Notes: generated by a model from the sequence alone, not told the origin. Positions 19,566 through 27,578 are shown, counted from the stretch's first letter. The stretch: DNA of 32,000 bases from Candidatus Saccharimonadota bacterium (GCA_016700375.1 CP065016.1:1224495-1256494), one strand, 5' to 3'. Numbers and translations are program-made.

Positions 19566-19988
19566 TCAAACGTTTATTTTTTCAGTAAAAGTTTGAAGTG
19601 TAACGAGTTCCTTAATCATTTGGTCAGGCACATTACGAAGGTCTATCTCAATCCACGAGTTTACTGCGTTGTGCTCATGCAGATCTATTTTCTCGCCAGT
19701 GAAGCAGTCATCATCAAACCAAAGAAACGGCTTAGTGAAGTCGATTGCTTCCGTCTTTTTCAAGCTCCATGTTACCGGCTTGAACTTTTCAAGCCATGGA
19801 CGGATGTTCTCATGACTCGCACGTTGGAGATACTCAATGGCATGTTCTGTCGTGCCATCCATGCAATGAGTCGTAAGCCAGTAGACATCAAAGTGTTCGA
19901 CGGCATACTTGATGAACTCGGTTGCACCGATTGCAAGGTTCTCTTCATTGGCAAGTAGAACGCCATCAATATCTAGGTAGACGTTCAA
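19566..19988 (-). CDS. HAD-superfamily hydrolase-like protein
   Basis: N-terminal VYLDIDGVLL (DxDG motif I) and a later WFDDD acidic motif. There is a 4-nt overlap with the upstream FtsK-like gene. Confidence 0.65.
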   Translation of the reverse strand: MNVYLDIDGVLLANEENLAIGATEFIKYAVEHFDVYWLTTHCMDGTTEHAIEYLQRASHENIRPWLEKFKPVTWSLKKTEAIDFTKPFLWFDDDCFTGEKIDLHEHNAVNSWIEIDLRNVPDQMIKELVTLQTFTEKINV

Positions 19989-20833
19989 GCTTCTTCCTTT
20001 AGATACTCGACAATCTTCATTACTTCCTCATCTGACACATAAGGCGCTTGAAGTTGGACAACATCTTTTGTAGTTAGATCGCTATATAGAAGTGCACCTT
20101 GGGAAGATAACTTTTCAGCGCCTGTACTATTAAGTAATCGTACGCTATCAATTTCAGATGCAACTGCAAAAACAATGCGGCCAAAGATATTAGCTAACAG
20201 TATATCTGTGACGACATCCTTGCTTGGTCGCTGAGTTGCCAGATACATGTGTATGCCAACTGCTTTTGCTTTTTGACTTAATGTGATAAATGCTTTTTCA
20301 TAAAACGAGCCATTGACCATCATGAGATCGGCAATTTCCGTGGCGACTATTACGATATAAGGTAGCTTGCCTTGAGCTTGATTGTATTGGTCAATATTAT
20401 TCACTCCTGCATTCGCAAAAAGTTCAAATCGTCGATCCATCTCTTCAAGTACCTGACTAACCGCTCGCTCTGCTGATTCGGGGTCTTGAACAATCGGAGC
20501 AAGAAGATGAGGAATGCCCTCATACGGAGTTAATTGCACCATCTTTGGATCAATCAATACCAGCTTTAGGTCATCAGGGGTGTATCTATACAGCAAGCTC
20601 AGCACGAACGCCCCCTCATCATAGCTAGCGTGGCCCGATCCTACATGGCCGCTTGAGATAAAATGTCCAGTGGCGCGAAAATCGGCTACCGTTAGTACGC
20701 CATCGGCATTTGTGCCAACAGGAAATACCAGGGGTGAAGCTGCATTTATAAGCTCTTCTGATTCAATAGCGCTACGCAAAGAGCTCTGTTCTTTCAATAG
20801 GTCTATCGGTGGCAGTATGGAGGAGTTATTCAT
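19985..20833 (-). CDS. stand-alone FtsK/SpoIIIE motor-domain homologue with degenerate Walker A and B
   Basis: LIDPKMVQLTPYEGIPHLLAPIV, LPYIVIVATEIADLMM and HMYLATQRPSKDVVT are collinear with the FtsK alpha/beta domain. However, the P-loop reads GSGHA (not GSGKS/T) and Walker B reads ATE (not DE). Confidence 0.8.
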   Translation of the reverse strand: MNNSSILPPIDLLKEQSSLRSAIESEELINAASPLVFPVGTNADGVLTVADFRATGHFISSGHVGSGHASYDEGAFVLSLLYRYTPDDLKLVLIDPKMVQLTPYEGIPHLLAPIVQDPESAERAVSQVLEEMDRRFELFANAGVNNIDQYNQAQGKLPYIVIVATEIADLMMVNGSFYEKAFITLSQKAKAVGIHMYLATQRPSKDVVTDILLANIFGRIVFAVASEIDSVRLLNSTGAEKLSSQGALLYSDLTTKDVVQLQAPYVSDEEVMKIVEYLKEEA

Positions 20834-20902
20834 ATTGTTTAGTATAGCAAGTATCGCTTAATGATTTTCTAGTATACGGCCATCCTAGTTTTACTAGGAT
20901 GG

Positions 20903-20935
20903 GACTTCGACTTTTCTTGCAGAAAAATCGAAGTG
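20903..20935. repeat. hairpin element copy 2 (downstream of the 104-aa gene)
   Basis: GACTTCGACTTTTCT-TGC-AGAAAAATCGAAGTG. It is preceded by a second hairpin, CCATCCTAG-TTTTA-CTAGGATGG (20880-20902). Confidence 0.6.
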
Positions 20936-20936
20936 A

Positions 20937-21251
20937 TTAAAAACCTAGCCAGTAGCTTTCGGTATCGTCAGGGATGTTTTTATACTCTATGAACTTCTCG
21001 CAGTCTTCCTGCTTTGCGCTGCGCTCAAAGATAAAGTAATCACTCTTAATATCTCCTGTTTTACCGCGTTGAACTCGTGCCTCACAAATCAAGTTCTTCT
21101 CATCTGTTTCGGCTTCTTTGCTCAGCTCACTCGCTTCCTTGTCTTTGTAGTGCTGAGAGGTGAAATAAAAACCCCCATAAGCACCACCAGCCAGTGCAGC
21201 AATAATAAAGGCGACGAGTACATATTTATTGATAGATACGGTATTTTTCAT
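20937..21251 (-). CDS. small membrane-anchored hypothetical protein
   Basis: 104-aa ORF with one N-terminal TM helix (YVLVAFIIAALAGGAYGGFYF), co-directional with the operon. Confidence 0.6.
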   Translation of the reverse strand: MKNTVSINKYVLVAFIIAALAGGAYGGFYFTSQHYKDKEASELSKEAETDEKNLICEARVQRGKTGDIKSDYFIFERSAKQEDCEKFIEYKNIPDDTESYWLGF

Positions 21252-21253
21252 AT

Positions 21254-21628
21254 TTAATATCTCGGAACAGGATTCTCTCTACAATCGAAATTACTTTTAA
21301 TGTCCTGTTGATAGTATGCATCCAAGGATGCAGATGATTTAAGACCACTCCACGTACTGCTAGGCATGCCACAATAATGATAATAGGTACTGCCAAGCTT
21401 GATGACCAAATACTCGTTCACACTATCATACCAAGCACCTTTTACAGTTGAGTCTGACTTGTCGAGTGGCTCAAAATTGCTAGCTGAAATATTTACTTTA
21501 TCATCACGGTATTTAACATTCACATAGCCAGAGCCAGGGGATGCAAAGATTGCATATAGTATAACAACACCTATTAGTATCGCGAGTCCGATATATACCC
21601 ATGAATAGTTTTCTTTATGCTGTGTCAT
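21254..21628 (-). CDS. membrane-anchored KTSC-domain protein
   Basis: N-terminal TM helix. The C-terminal AWYDSVNEYLVIKLGSTYYHYCGMPSSTWSGLKSSASLDAYYQQDIK fits the KTSC domain pattern. Confidence 0.6.
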   Translation of the reverse strand: MTQHKENYSWVYIGLAILIGVVILYAIFASPGSGYVNVKYRDDKVNISASNFEPLDKSDSTVKGAWYDSVNEYLVIKLGSTYYHYCGMPSSTWSGLKSSASLDAYYQQDIKSNFDCRENPVPRY

Positions 21629-22470
21629 TTCGTTAGCGTAGCCTTTACCCGCTTAGAAACAAGGAAGTATGGGATCCAGATACAAGAAAAGATAATGGCT
21701 CGACCAATAGACCCACCTTGCTTACTCATCTCGCTATCGACATTTATGTTGTACTCGCTAAAGATTGAGCTTGCCCATGCGTAATCTACGACACCAAGAA
21801 CTATATTTGCCACCAAGAATGCGATAGCAACATGTTTGGCGAGTCGTTTATGCTGCGCAAGGAGCACAATTAACCAGATTGCTACAGCGGCTAGTGCTGC
21901 GAACTGGAAGACTTCAAACCATAGAGCAGGCATCATGGCCGCAACGAACCCGGGAGCTTGTGACCTTACAGATTCAATCTCGTTGAATGCGGATGGGTAC
22001 GTAAAGATTTGAAAGATATTATAAATGATCGCGATACCTAGCCCGACAATAAAGTATGCCAGCCAGCCTTCAAGTCCGATCTTCTGATCGCGTCGTTGCT
22101 CTTTTGTTATTTTGTCGGGATTAGTGGTTTTTGTAAGGTAGGAATCTCCAGGCGACAATTGATTTTTCAGCTTTTCTGCTTTCGCATAAGTTTCGCCACG
22201 CATATCTATCGCTTGATTGATAAAATCTAGCGCATCATCGTCATGTCCATTGAAGTAATGAACTAACGCCTGTAACTCATAAAGTTTATATCTCGCCGTA
22301 CCGATTTCGTCACTATATTGGTACTTTTCAGCTAAGGAATCGAGTCGTTTTTGAACTAGAGCCAGTAGTGCTTTATCTTTTTCGCGAGATGTTGCATCTT
22401 TGAGGTTTGCCTCGACGACTTTAATTTGTTCTATATAAGTCTGGCGAGTTTTTGAGTGTGGAAGTTGCAC
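21625..22470 (-). CDS. membrane protein: helical-repeat N-terminal domain plus a 4-TM DUF2569-like C-terminal domain (tentative)
   Basis: GLEGWLAYFIVGLGIAI and three further hydrophobic segments. The GTG start overlaps the upstream stop by 1 nt (TAGTG). Confidence 0.6.
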   Translation of the reverse strand: MQLPHSKTRQTYIEQIKVVEANLKDATSREKDKALLALVQKRLDSLAEKYQYSDEIGTARYKLYELQALVHYFNGHDDDALDFINQAIDMRGETYAKAEKLKNQLSPGDSYLTKTTNPDKITKEQRRDQKIGLEGWLAYFIVGLGIAIIYNIFQIFTYPSAFNEIESVRSQAPGFVAAMMPALWFEVFQFAALAAVAIWLIVLLAQHKRLAKHVAIAFLVANIVLGVVDYAWASSIFSEYNINVDSEMSKQGGSIGRAIIFSCIWIPYFLVSKRVKATLTK

Positions 22471-22862
22471 TATTCTAAATCTCCCCAGTCTCGCGAATCT
22501 TTATCTTTTGTAGCAGTCGCAGTACTCCCTTGAGGATTGCGACGCTTATTGAGAATGATAATACCGAAGACGAGGCATGGCACAAAAGCTAGCATGCTTC
22601 CGGCACCGAGTAGGAACAGTACGACATTCGAGATAGTCCGAAACATTGACGTATTGTCACTGCCGTTCAGTTCCTGTCCGTCTACACCTTGCGCTATGCT
22701 TGCACCATCCGAAAGACTTGGTGATGAAGTATCAGACACGGGCGCGGAGCCTGCAAGAATAAAGTTGATAATTGCATACAAAATAATTGATAATATGAGT
22801 CCGAGTGCTGGCCCGATAATCAAAAATATTGGTAGTTTTAGGCTTTGTTTTTGTTGCGTCAT
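22470..22862 (-). CDS. small membrane protein ending in WGDLE
   Basis: Two TM helices. I prefer ATG 22862 (1-nt overlap TAATG, GGGGAG 9 nt upstream) over the track start 22880. Confidence 0.6.
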   Translation of the reverse strand: MTQQKQSLKLPIFLIIGPALGLILSIILYAIINFILAGSAPVSDTSSPSLSDGASIAQGVDGQELNGSDNTSMFRTISNVVLFLLGAGSMLAFVPCLVFGIIILNKRRNPQGSTATATKDKDSRDWGDLE

Positions 22863-23530
22863 TACTCTAGGTCTCCCCATGTTCGTTTAGTGTCATCTGG
22901 CTGCTCGATATCTATAACTTCATCGTGTCGGGTTGCGTGTTTTTCGGCACGAGTAAGAGCATATGTAAACAGTAGTTGAATAACCAATGAGATGATGAGG
23001 ATAGTAACAAGCACAGGGAATGCTTGCCCGAGAGTCATGCCGAATATACCAATACAGATCATAAGTGCGACAACACCGAGTGCAAGGAAAAATGTTGTCA
23101 TACCTGTCGAGGTATTGTCCTGTTCTTTAGATGCCATGTATTGCCATGGCGCAAGCACAACAGCATAGAGCCATAGGAGACTTGCCCAAAGCGGTGCGGA
23201 TGGCGAGCTTAACGCAATATCTGCGATGTAATATGTCGAGACAGCGATAAGCCCATACGTATACGCAATACCCAGCAAGCCAAAGATGAAAAACAATACA
23301 TATTTACGCTTTTCGGCAAAAGCCGCCGCTGGTGCGGCAAAGAGCAAGCTAGGCATAAGGAATAGACCAATAATCATCGCGCCAAACATCATATAGAGTA
23401 AGCCACCGATAAATAGTGACCACTCACCAGCGACCATTAGCCATATACCGCCAACAATTCCACCGAGTACGTTCAGTATGAGAATAGGAGCGCTTAGCGC
23501 TGTAATGAGACCGGTAAAGAATCGTTCCAT
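22862..23530 (-). CDS. polytopic membrane protein (about 6 TM) ending in WGDLE
   Basis: 222-aa hydrophobic ORF in the same operon. Confidence 0.65.
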   Translation of the reverse strand: MERFFTGLITALSAPILILNVLGGIVGGIWLMVAGEWSLFIGGLLYMMFGAMIIGLFLMPSLLFAAPAAAFAEKRKYVLFFIFGLLGIAYTYGLIAVSTYYIADIALSSPSAPLWASLLWLYAVVLAPWQYMASKEQDNTSTGMTTFFLALGVVALMICIGIFGMTLGQAFPVLVTILIISLVIQLLFTYALTRAEKHATRHDEVIDIEQPDDTKRTWGDLE

Positions 23531-23538
23531 ATTAACAC

Positions 23539-24078
23539 CTACGAACCCTGGCAGTATGTTGAACCGTTCTCAAGGAGAATAGTGATTGAGTAAGCACGCT
23601 CAGATGATGCACCATCGCAGTTTTTACCGACTGAATAGACGGCGCTATCTGTTGTTGGGTCACCCTCACTAGTGAGAGCTGTAACCTGACCAAGACTAGA
23701 GGTTGAAAGATCGCTTGGAGCTGGAAGCTGTCCGCGATTAGTCGTTTGGAAGTTCAGTACATCAGTAGTCAAAACGGTAACGTCATTTTTACGGGCAGTA
23801 TCGCGCTGGCTCTTCTGTAATGCGGGAAGTGCAGCTTGTACCATCCAAACGATCAGTAAGCTAATAACGATGCCAATGACGCCCGTAACAATACCCGCTA
23901 CTGCCTTTTTGTGACCTTGTTTCTTGAGAGAGTTCACGCCAAGGATAATAGCAATAACACCTAAAGGAATGCCAATATACCATACGATAGAAGCAACGAT
24001 TGCCAAAATGCCAAGTACTAATGCCGCCGTTGAGTGTCCTTGACCACCCGTCTGTTCTGTTTTGCTCGCTTCTGACAT
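23539..24078 (-). CDS. DUF4190-like double-TM protein with a pilin-like C-terminal domain (tentative)
   Basis: AALVLGILAIVASIVWYIGIPLGVIAIILG fits the DUF4190 pattern. LLIVWMVQAALPALQKSQRDTARKNDVTVLTTDV resembles the hydrophobic helix plus ARDxxRKxD stretch of type IV pilins. No G/FTLIE prepilin cleavage motif is present. Confidence 0.55.
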   Translation of the reverse strand: MSEASKTEQTGGQGHSTAALVLGILAIVASIVWYIGIPLGVIAIILGVNSLKKQGHKKAVAGIVTGVIGIVISLLIVWMVQAALPALQKSQRDTARKNDVTVLTTDVLNFQTTNRGQLPAPSDLSTSSLGQVTALTSEGDPTTDSAVYSVGKNCDGASSERAYSITILLENGSTYCQGS

Positions 24079-24104
24079 GTCGTATGTTCCTCACTTTCTC
24101 TAAA

Positions 24105-24135
24105 ATTAAAAAAACGACAACCATTCTAGGTTGTC
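24105..24135 (-). terminator. rho-independent terminator/attenuator just upstream of the 179-aa gene
   Basis: On the minus strand: GACAACC-TAGAAT-GGTTGTC followed by GTTTTTTTAATTTT, ending about 25 nt before the RBS/ATG at 24078. Confidence 0.5.
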
Positions 24136-24406
24136 TAGGCCAAACAACAAGAGTCAAGCTCCAGTGTCTTTCGAATGGTTGCCGCTTTCAAAGCTTGACC
24201 AAGATCAAAAGACCTTTCGTGTTGTTTAACCTAGACATTTCCGATTATAGCTGTTAGTGGTCAGTTTTACTACATGCATCAGCTATTTATCAGTAAATAT
24301 TTTTTCGCGTTGCTTCCTTACCCGTTCTGGTTGATTGTAGGTAGAATGACGGTAATAATCTCGTCAGTCTCCTGTTGAGTCAGTGGTCGTCTCTTCTTTT
24401 TCGAAC

Positions 24407-24829
24407 TCATACGATGAAATCCTCGATATATTCAATCAAGGCGGGGTGAGCATCAAGTGAATTCGCCAGCCCCTGCGGTGCTGTAAATCCACGCTTCTTC
24501 AACTCTTTGAGAGGGATAACCCCATCCTCAGCTTCACCTAAAAGCTTCAAGCGAAAAATTCGTGGAAAGCTTGCGAGGTCTTTAGGGTAGACACCCCCAG
24601 CCCAGAATCGACGGTCATCAATTTTAGTGGCCATCGTAATATCGTCAGCCACCACTTCCAACTTATAAACTATTCCACCTCGCCCACGGGGAGGGATAAC
24701 TTCGTATACATACACGAAATCACCAACCTCAAACTTATTGTTCGTTACCCAGTCCATTTGGCCATTAGTTTGAAGCGATGCCTCGGCATTGTAGGTTGCT
24801 GGATTTGATGCGATTACCCATGTACTCAT
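24407..24829 (-). CDS. PUA-like/EVE-family domain protein (tentative)
   Basis: STWVIASNPATYNAEASL...WVTNNKFEVGDFVYVYEV...GIVYKLEVVA resembles the EVE/PUA-like fold pattern. The function is not established. Confidence 0.55.
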   Translation of the reverse strand: MSTWVIASNPATYNAEASLQTNGQMDWVTNNKFEVGDFVYVYEVIPPRGRGGIVYKLEVVADDITMATKIDDRRFWAGGVYPKDLASFPRIFRLKLLGEAEDGVIPLKELKKRGFTAPQGLANSLDAHPALIEYIEDFIV

Positions 24830-24831
24830 AG

Positions 24832-25734
24832 TTACGCCCTTGTGAAAGTTAGTGATGAACGGTCGATATACTTATTGCAGGTATTTAGGACATATTGAGA
24901 CAGGTACTTATCGGAAACTTCTGTGCAGTAGAAACTAAACAGTTCTGTCGGCAATAGCATGTTCGTGTCCGAATACCAGTTAGTGCGGTCTTTGATCCAC
25001 TCGTCATTCCCGTAAAGCGTCATAAGCTGGCTCGTCAGGTCATGTAGCGTTTGCTGGTCAAGCTGCGCTTGCCAGATGTGGTGCAAATACTCGTGCGCTA
25101 CAACAGTTTTTTCATAGGTTGGATCGACGCCCTTTTTGACAGTGATCGTACCGTATGAGAAGGTGCCGTCGCTATTTATGACTGGTGAGTATTCACCATT
25201 GGTCGTGGCATTATCATACCCGTCTACATACTTCATAGTTACATTATCAGTAAGCTCGTCTTTACCACCGACGGCATGCAGTATGGCGACTATGTTGTCA
25301 TCGCGTGACACCGGCGGCTTAATTGCCTCAGGATTGCGCGTAATGAAAGCCATTGTTAGTCCTGTAGCAAAGATACCAACCCAAATATATACGCCAAGAA
25401 CTTTTGCGCCTGATCGGAAGAATAGACGCTTACGCGTCTTTAGTAGCCACTTAACGAGTAGTAGCACGGCAACTAGAATGGTCACGAAACCAAAGAAGTA
25501 TAGCTCAAGGAGGAATATACCTTGCGTGCCTACGGTATCAGCAAACTCTTTATTCTGAATATTGTTCGTTAGCACGACCCCAAGGATAGATAGCATCACA
25601 ATGAATGCAGGAACAGCTATTACGATTGGCCATATTGCTGCCCACGATAGTCCATAGAGGAATCGACGAAGCCTGGTTGGTTTTTTGTTCTCAGTCTTTT
25701 CTTTTACTTCGGTACTCATGGCTCGATTATACAA
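24832..25734 (-). CDS. membrane-anchored putative zinc metallopeptidase (HExxH)
   Basis: Four N-terminal TM helices and an extracytoplasmic domain with VAHEYLHHIW. An alternative start is ATG 25719, 6 nt after a TATAAT (possibly a leaderless mRNA). Confidence 0.65.
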   Translation of the reverse strand: MYNRAMSTEVKEKTENKKPTRLRRFLYGLSWAAIWPIVIAVPAFIVMLSILGVVLTNNIQNKEFADTVGTQGIFLLELYFFGFVTILVAVLLLVKWLLKTRKRLFFRSGAKVLGVYIWVGIFATGLTMAFITRNPEAIKPPVSRDDNIVAILHAVGGKDELTDNVTMKYVDGYDNATTNGEYSPVINSDGTFSYGTITVKKGVDPTYEKTVVAHEYLHHIWQAQLDQQTLHDLTSQLMTLYGNDEWIKDRTNWYSDTNMLLPTELFSFYCTEVSDKYLSQYVLNTCNKYIDRSSLTFTRA

Positions 25735-25807
25735 TAAAAAGTATTATTAATTAATCTCTTCACTTCACGTACTCGTTCATTATACGGGTCGAGCAAACGC
25801 ATCAAGG

Positions 25808-25839
25808 TCGTATTCACCCCTGAATACGATTTTTCTTTT
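25808..25839 (+). terminator. terminator-like hairpin inside the leader of the 97-aa gene
   Basis: TCGTATTCA-CCCC-TGAATACGA followed by TTTTTCTTTT. No plus-strand gene lies upstream, so this is more likely an attenuator. Confidence 0.45.
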
Positions 25840-25931
25840 AATTGATGTATTCAAGGGGAATCTCCACCTGTGACGCCTTTGCCATGCGACCCCGTACTGG
25901 CAAGCCGTTACGTAAAGTAAAGGAGGAAGAC

Positions 25932-26225
25932 ATGACTAGCGTAGCTCTAGAATCATCAACTGTAACCACCGAGTACAACGGGTGGACTAATCGCGAGACG
26001 TGGCTCACGAACCTGTGGCTGAACAACGACATGGGTAGTTACGAGCAATTGCAAGAAATCTGCCGCAAGGATTGCAAGCTGTGGGAGAAGGCCGAAGAGC
26101 TTGAGACGCAGTTCCAAGACCAGCTTGAAGATATGTACGACTATCCGACCTTTTGGTCAGACATCATCGGCACGGCACTCGATAGAGTGGACTGGCACCG
26201 AATTGTCGAAGCTAACATGGAGTAG
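25932..26225 (+). CDS. small acidic hypothetical protein (97 aa)
   Basis: ATG 25932 follows AAGGAGG. My count is 20 D/E versus 7 K/R. It contains the motif GWTNRETWLTNLWLNND. Confidence 0.6.
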   Translation: MTSVALESSTVTTEYNGWTNRETWLTNLWLNNDMGSYEQLQEICRKDCKLWEKAEELETQFQDQLEDMYDYPTFWSDIIGTALDRVDWHRIVEANME

Positions 26226-26262
26226 CCACGACACGTCCTGAGTATGACGAAAAACTGCTTTT

Positions 26263-26937
26263 TTACGAAGCCTTTATGAGACTAATCGCACTCAAGGCTG
26301 GAGTAGCCTCATCTAGCTGACTAGCTTCATCGCAGACCGCTCGAATATCTATGTAGCCACTATCTAGTGGGATGTAACCCTGCGCATTACCTCGCTTGAA
26401 CGTCTCGCCGCCATTCGTGTTGTAATCAAATTGGTGAAGAACGTATGATGTATCTCCGTCTGGCGTGTTCATTGTTAAGGTTTTACTCCCAACCTCTGTA
26501 ACGGTCGTGCCCCATCCTTTGTTTTGGCTAATCATGTCGGCGATAGCCTTATCGGGTTCGATCGTACCGTCCATATAGAATGTTGAGACGAAGCAGTGCG
26601 CGCCTGCTGTATCTTGCTCGGGATTACTACATTTTGTCGTGACCTTACACTGATGCAGAGAAATATCAGCGATAGGCCACTTAGTATCTTTTGGCGTATT
26701 ACTGTCAGCAGTACTAGGATCTGGATAATTGTTGCCAGATGTCCACCAGCCTGGAGTTTTTGCGTTATCGTACACAAATTTTACGGGATGGGTCTTTTCT
26801 TGAGCGGTAGATGCAGCCTCCGACTTTTGATGCCATACCCATAATGTAATACCGAGTGTAACAATTGCGATTAAGACAATCAGCGCGATAAGTAGTTTTG
26901 ATTTTTGAAAATGAATTGTTTGTTTCCTAGTATTCAT
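26263..26937 (-). CDS. membrane-anchored/secreted hypothetical protein
   Basis: 224-aa ORF with an N-terminal TM helix (LLIALIVLIAIVTLGITLWVW), convergent with the 97-aa gene. Confidence 0.65.
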   Translation of the reverse strand: MNTRKQTIHFQKSKLLIALIVLIAIVTLGITLWVWHQKSEAASTAQEKTHPVKFVYDNAKTPGWWTSGNNYPDPSTADSNTPKDTKWPIADISLHQCKVTTKCSNPEQDTAGAHCFVSTFYMDGTIEPDKAIADMISQNKGWGTTVTEVGSKTLTMNTPDGDTSYVLHQFDYNTNGGETFKRGNAQGYIPLDSGYIDIRAVCDEASQLDEATPALSAISLIKAS

Positions 26938-27169
26938 ACCCGTAGTATACCTTGTTGCATCAAAATGGCATAAGCGTTACAAGCATCAGTGTGTTCATGT
27001 AAGAGGCTTCCTCCCTCTGTCTTTTCATTATACGGGTGAACCACAAGCCCCAAGGTCGTTCGTCCCTTGGTAAACGTCAAGGGGCGCTCCACCTTGACCC
27101 TTGCGGATTCATCCCGAGCCCTTTTGACAGAGAGGCAGGAAGTCCTCTCGATAAAGCAAGGAGGGTCTT

Positions 27170-27505
27170 ATGGACACCGAAACAATAGCAAACGAAACAT
27201 CAGCAAAGATTGCTGCGTTGAATGACGCGGCACGCAGTAATGCTGCGAACTACATGGCGACACGAGGCATCATGTCGCTCGATGAAGTGACTATCGGTGA
27301 AATCTTCGTCGCCGTGCAGGACTTTAGCAAATTCACGGAAGACAACGATCCCTACGGCGAGCATGATTTTGGCTCGTTTACGGTAGCCGGTAACAAAGTC
27401 TTTTGGAAGATAGATTACTACACACAGGACTTGTCTAGTGGGTGCGATCCGCTAGACCCGGGGTGTAGACGAGTTCTCACCATCATGTTAGCCGAGGAGT
27501 ACTAG
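27170..27505 (+). CDS. DUF3768-like protein
   Basis: DNDPYGEHDFGSFTVAGNKVFWKIDYY matches the DUF3768 core as I remember it. The RBS is AAGGAGG. Confidence 0.65.
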   Translation: MDTETIANETSAKIAALNDAARSNAANYMATRGIMSLDEVTIGEIFVAVQDFSKFTEDNDPYGEHDFGSFTVAGNKVFWKIDYYTQDLSSGCDPLDPGCRRVLTIMLAEEY

Positions 27506-27519
27506 CTCCTCGGTTTTTT
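27492..27519 (+). terminator. rho-independent terminator overlapping the DUF3768 stop codon
   Basis: CCGAGGAG-TACTAG-CTCCTCGG followed by TTTTTT. Confidence 0.6.
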
Positions 27520-27578
27520 AGTCCTGGGTAGGACTTATGAAACTGCCCGACAAAGTTTAATCCTAAAGGAGTTTAGAT

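Noticed and set aside
19536-19958. 140-aa plus-strand ORF mirroring the HAD-like gene
   Set aside because: The minus-strand frame carries the DxDG HAD motif and is coupled by a 4-nt overlap to the FtsK-like gene. The plus-strand translation has no recognisable features.
24160-24185. TTCGAA-containing stretch checked as a tRNA T-arm, together with a general scan for tRNA genes as integration targets
   Set aside because: There is no GGTTCGAATCC-type T-loop with a matching acceptor stem, and no cloverleaf could be drawn anywhere in the window by eye.
25842-25931. Longer 127-aa version of the 97-aa gene starting at 25842
   Set aside because: The extension runs through the conserved leader blocks and has no RBS. 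ATG 25932 is preceded by AAGGAGG at ideal spacing.
26233-26264. CTGAGTATGACGAAA as a hammerhead ribozyme core
   Set aside because: The conserved CUGANGA box is not matched (U where G is required), and no three-helix junction can be drawn.
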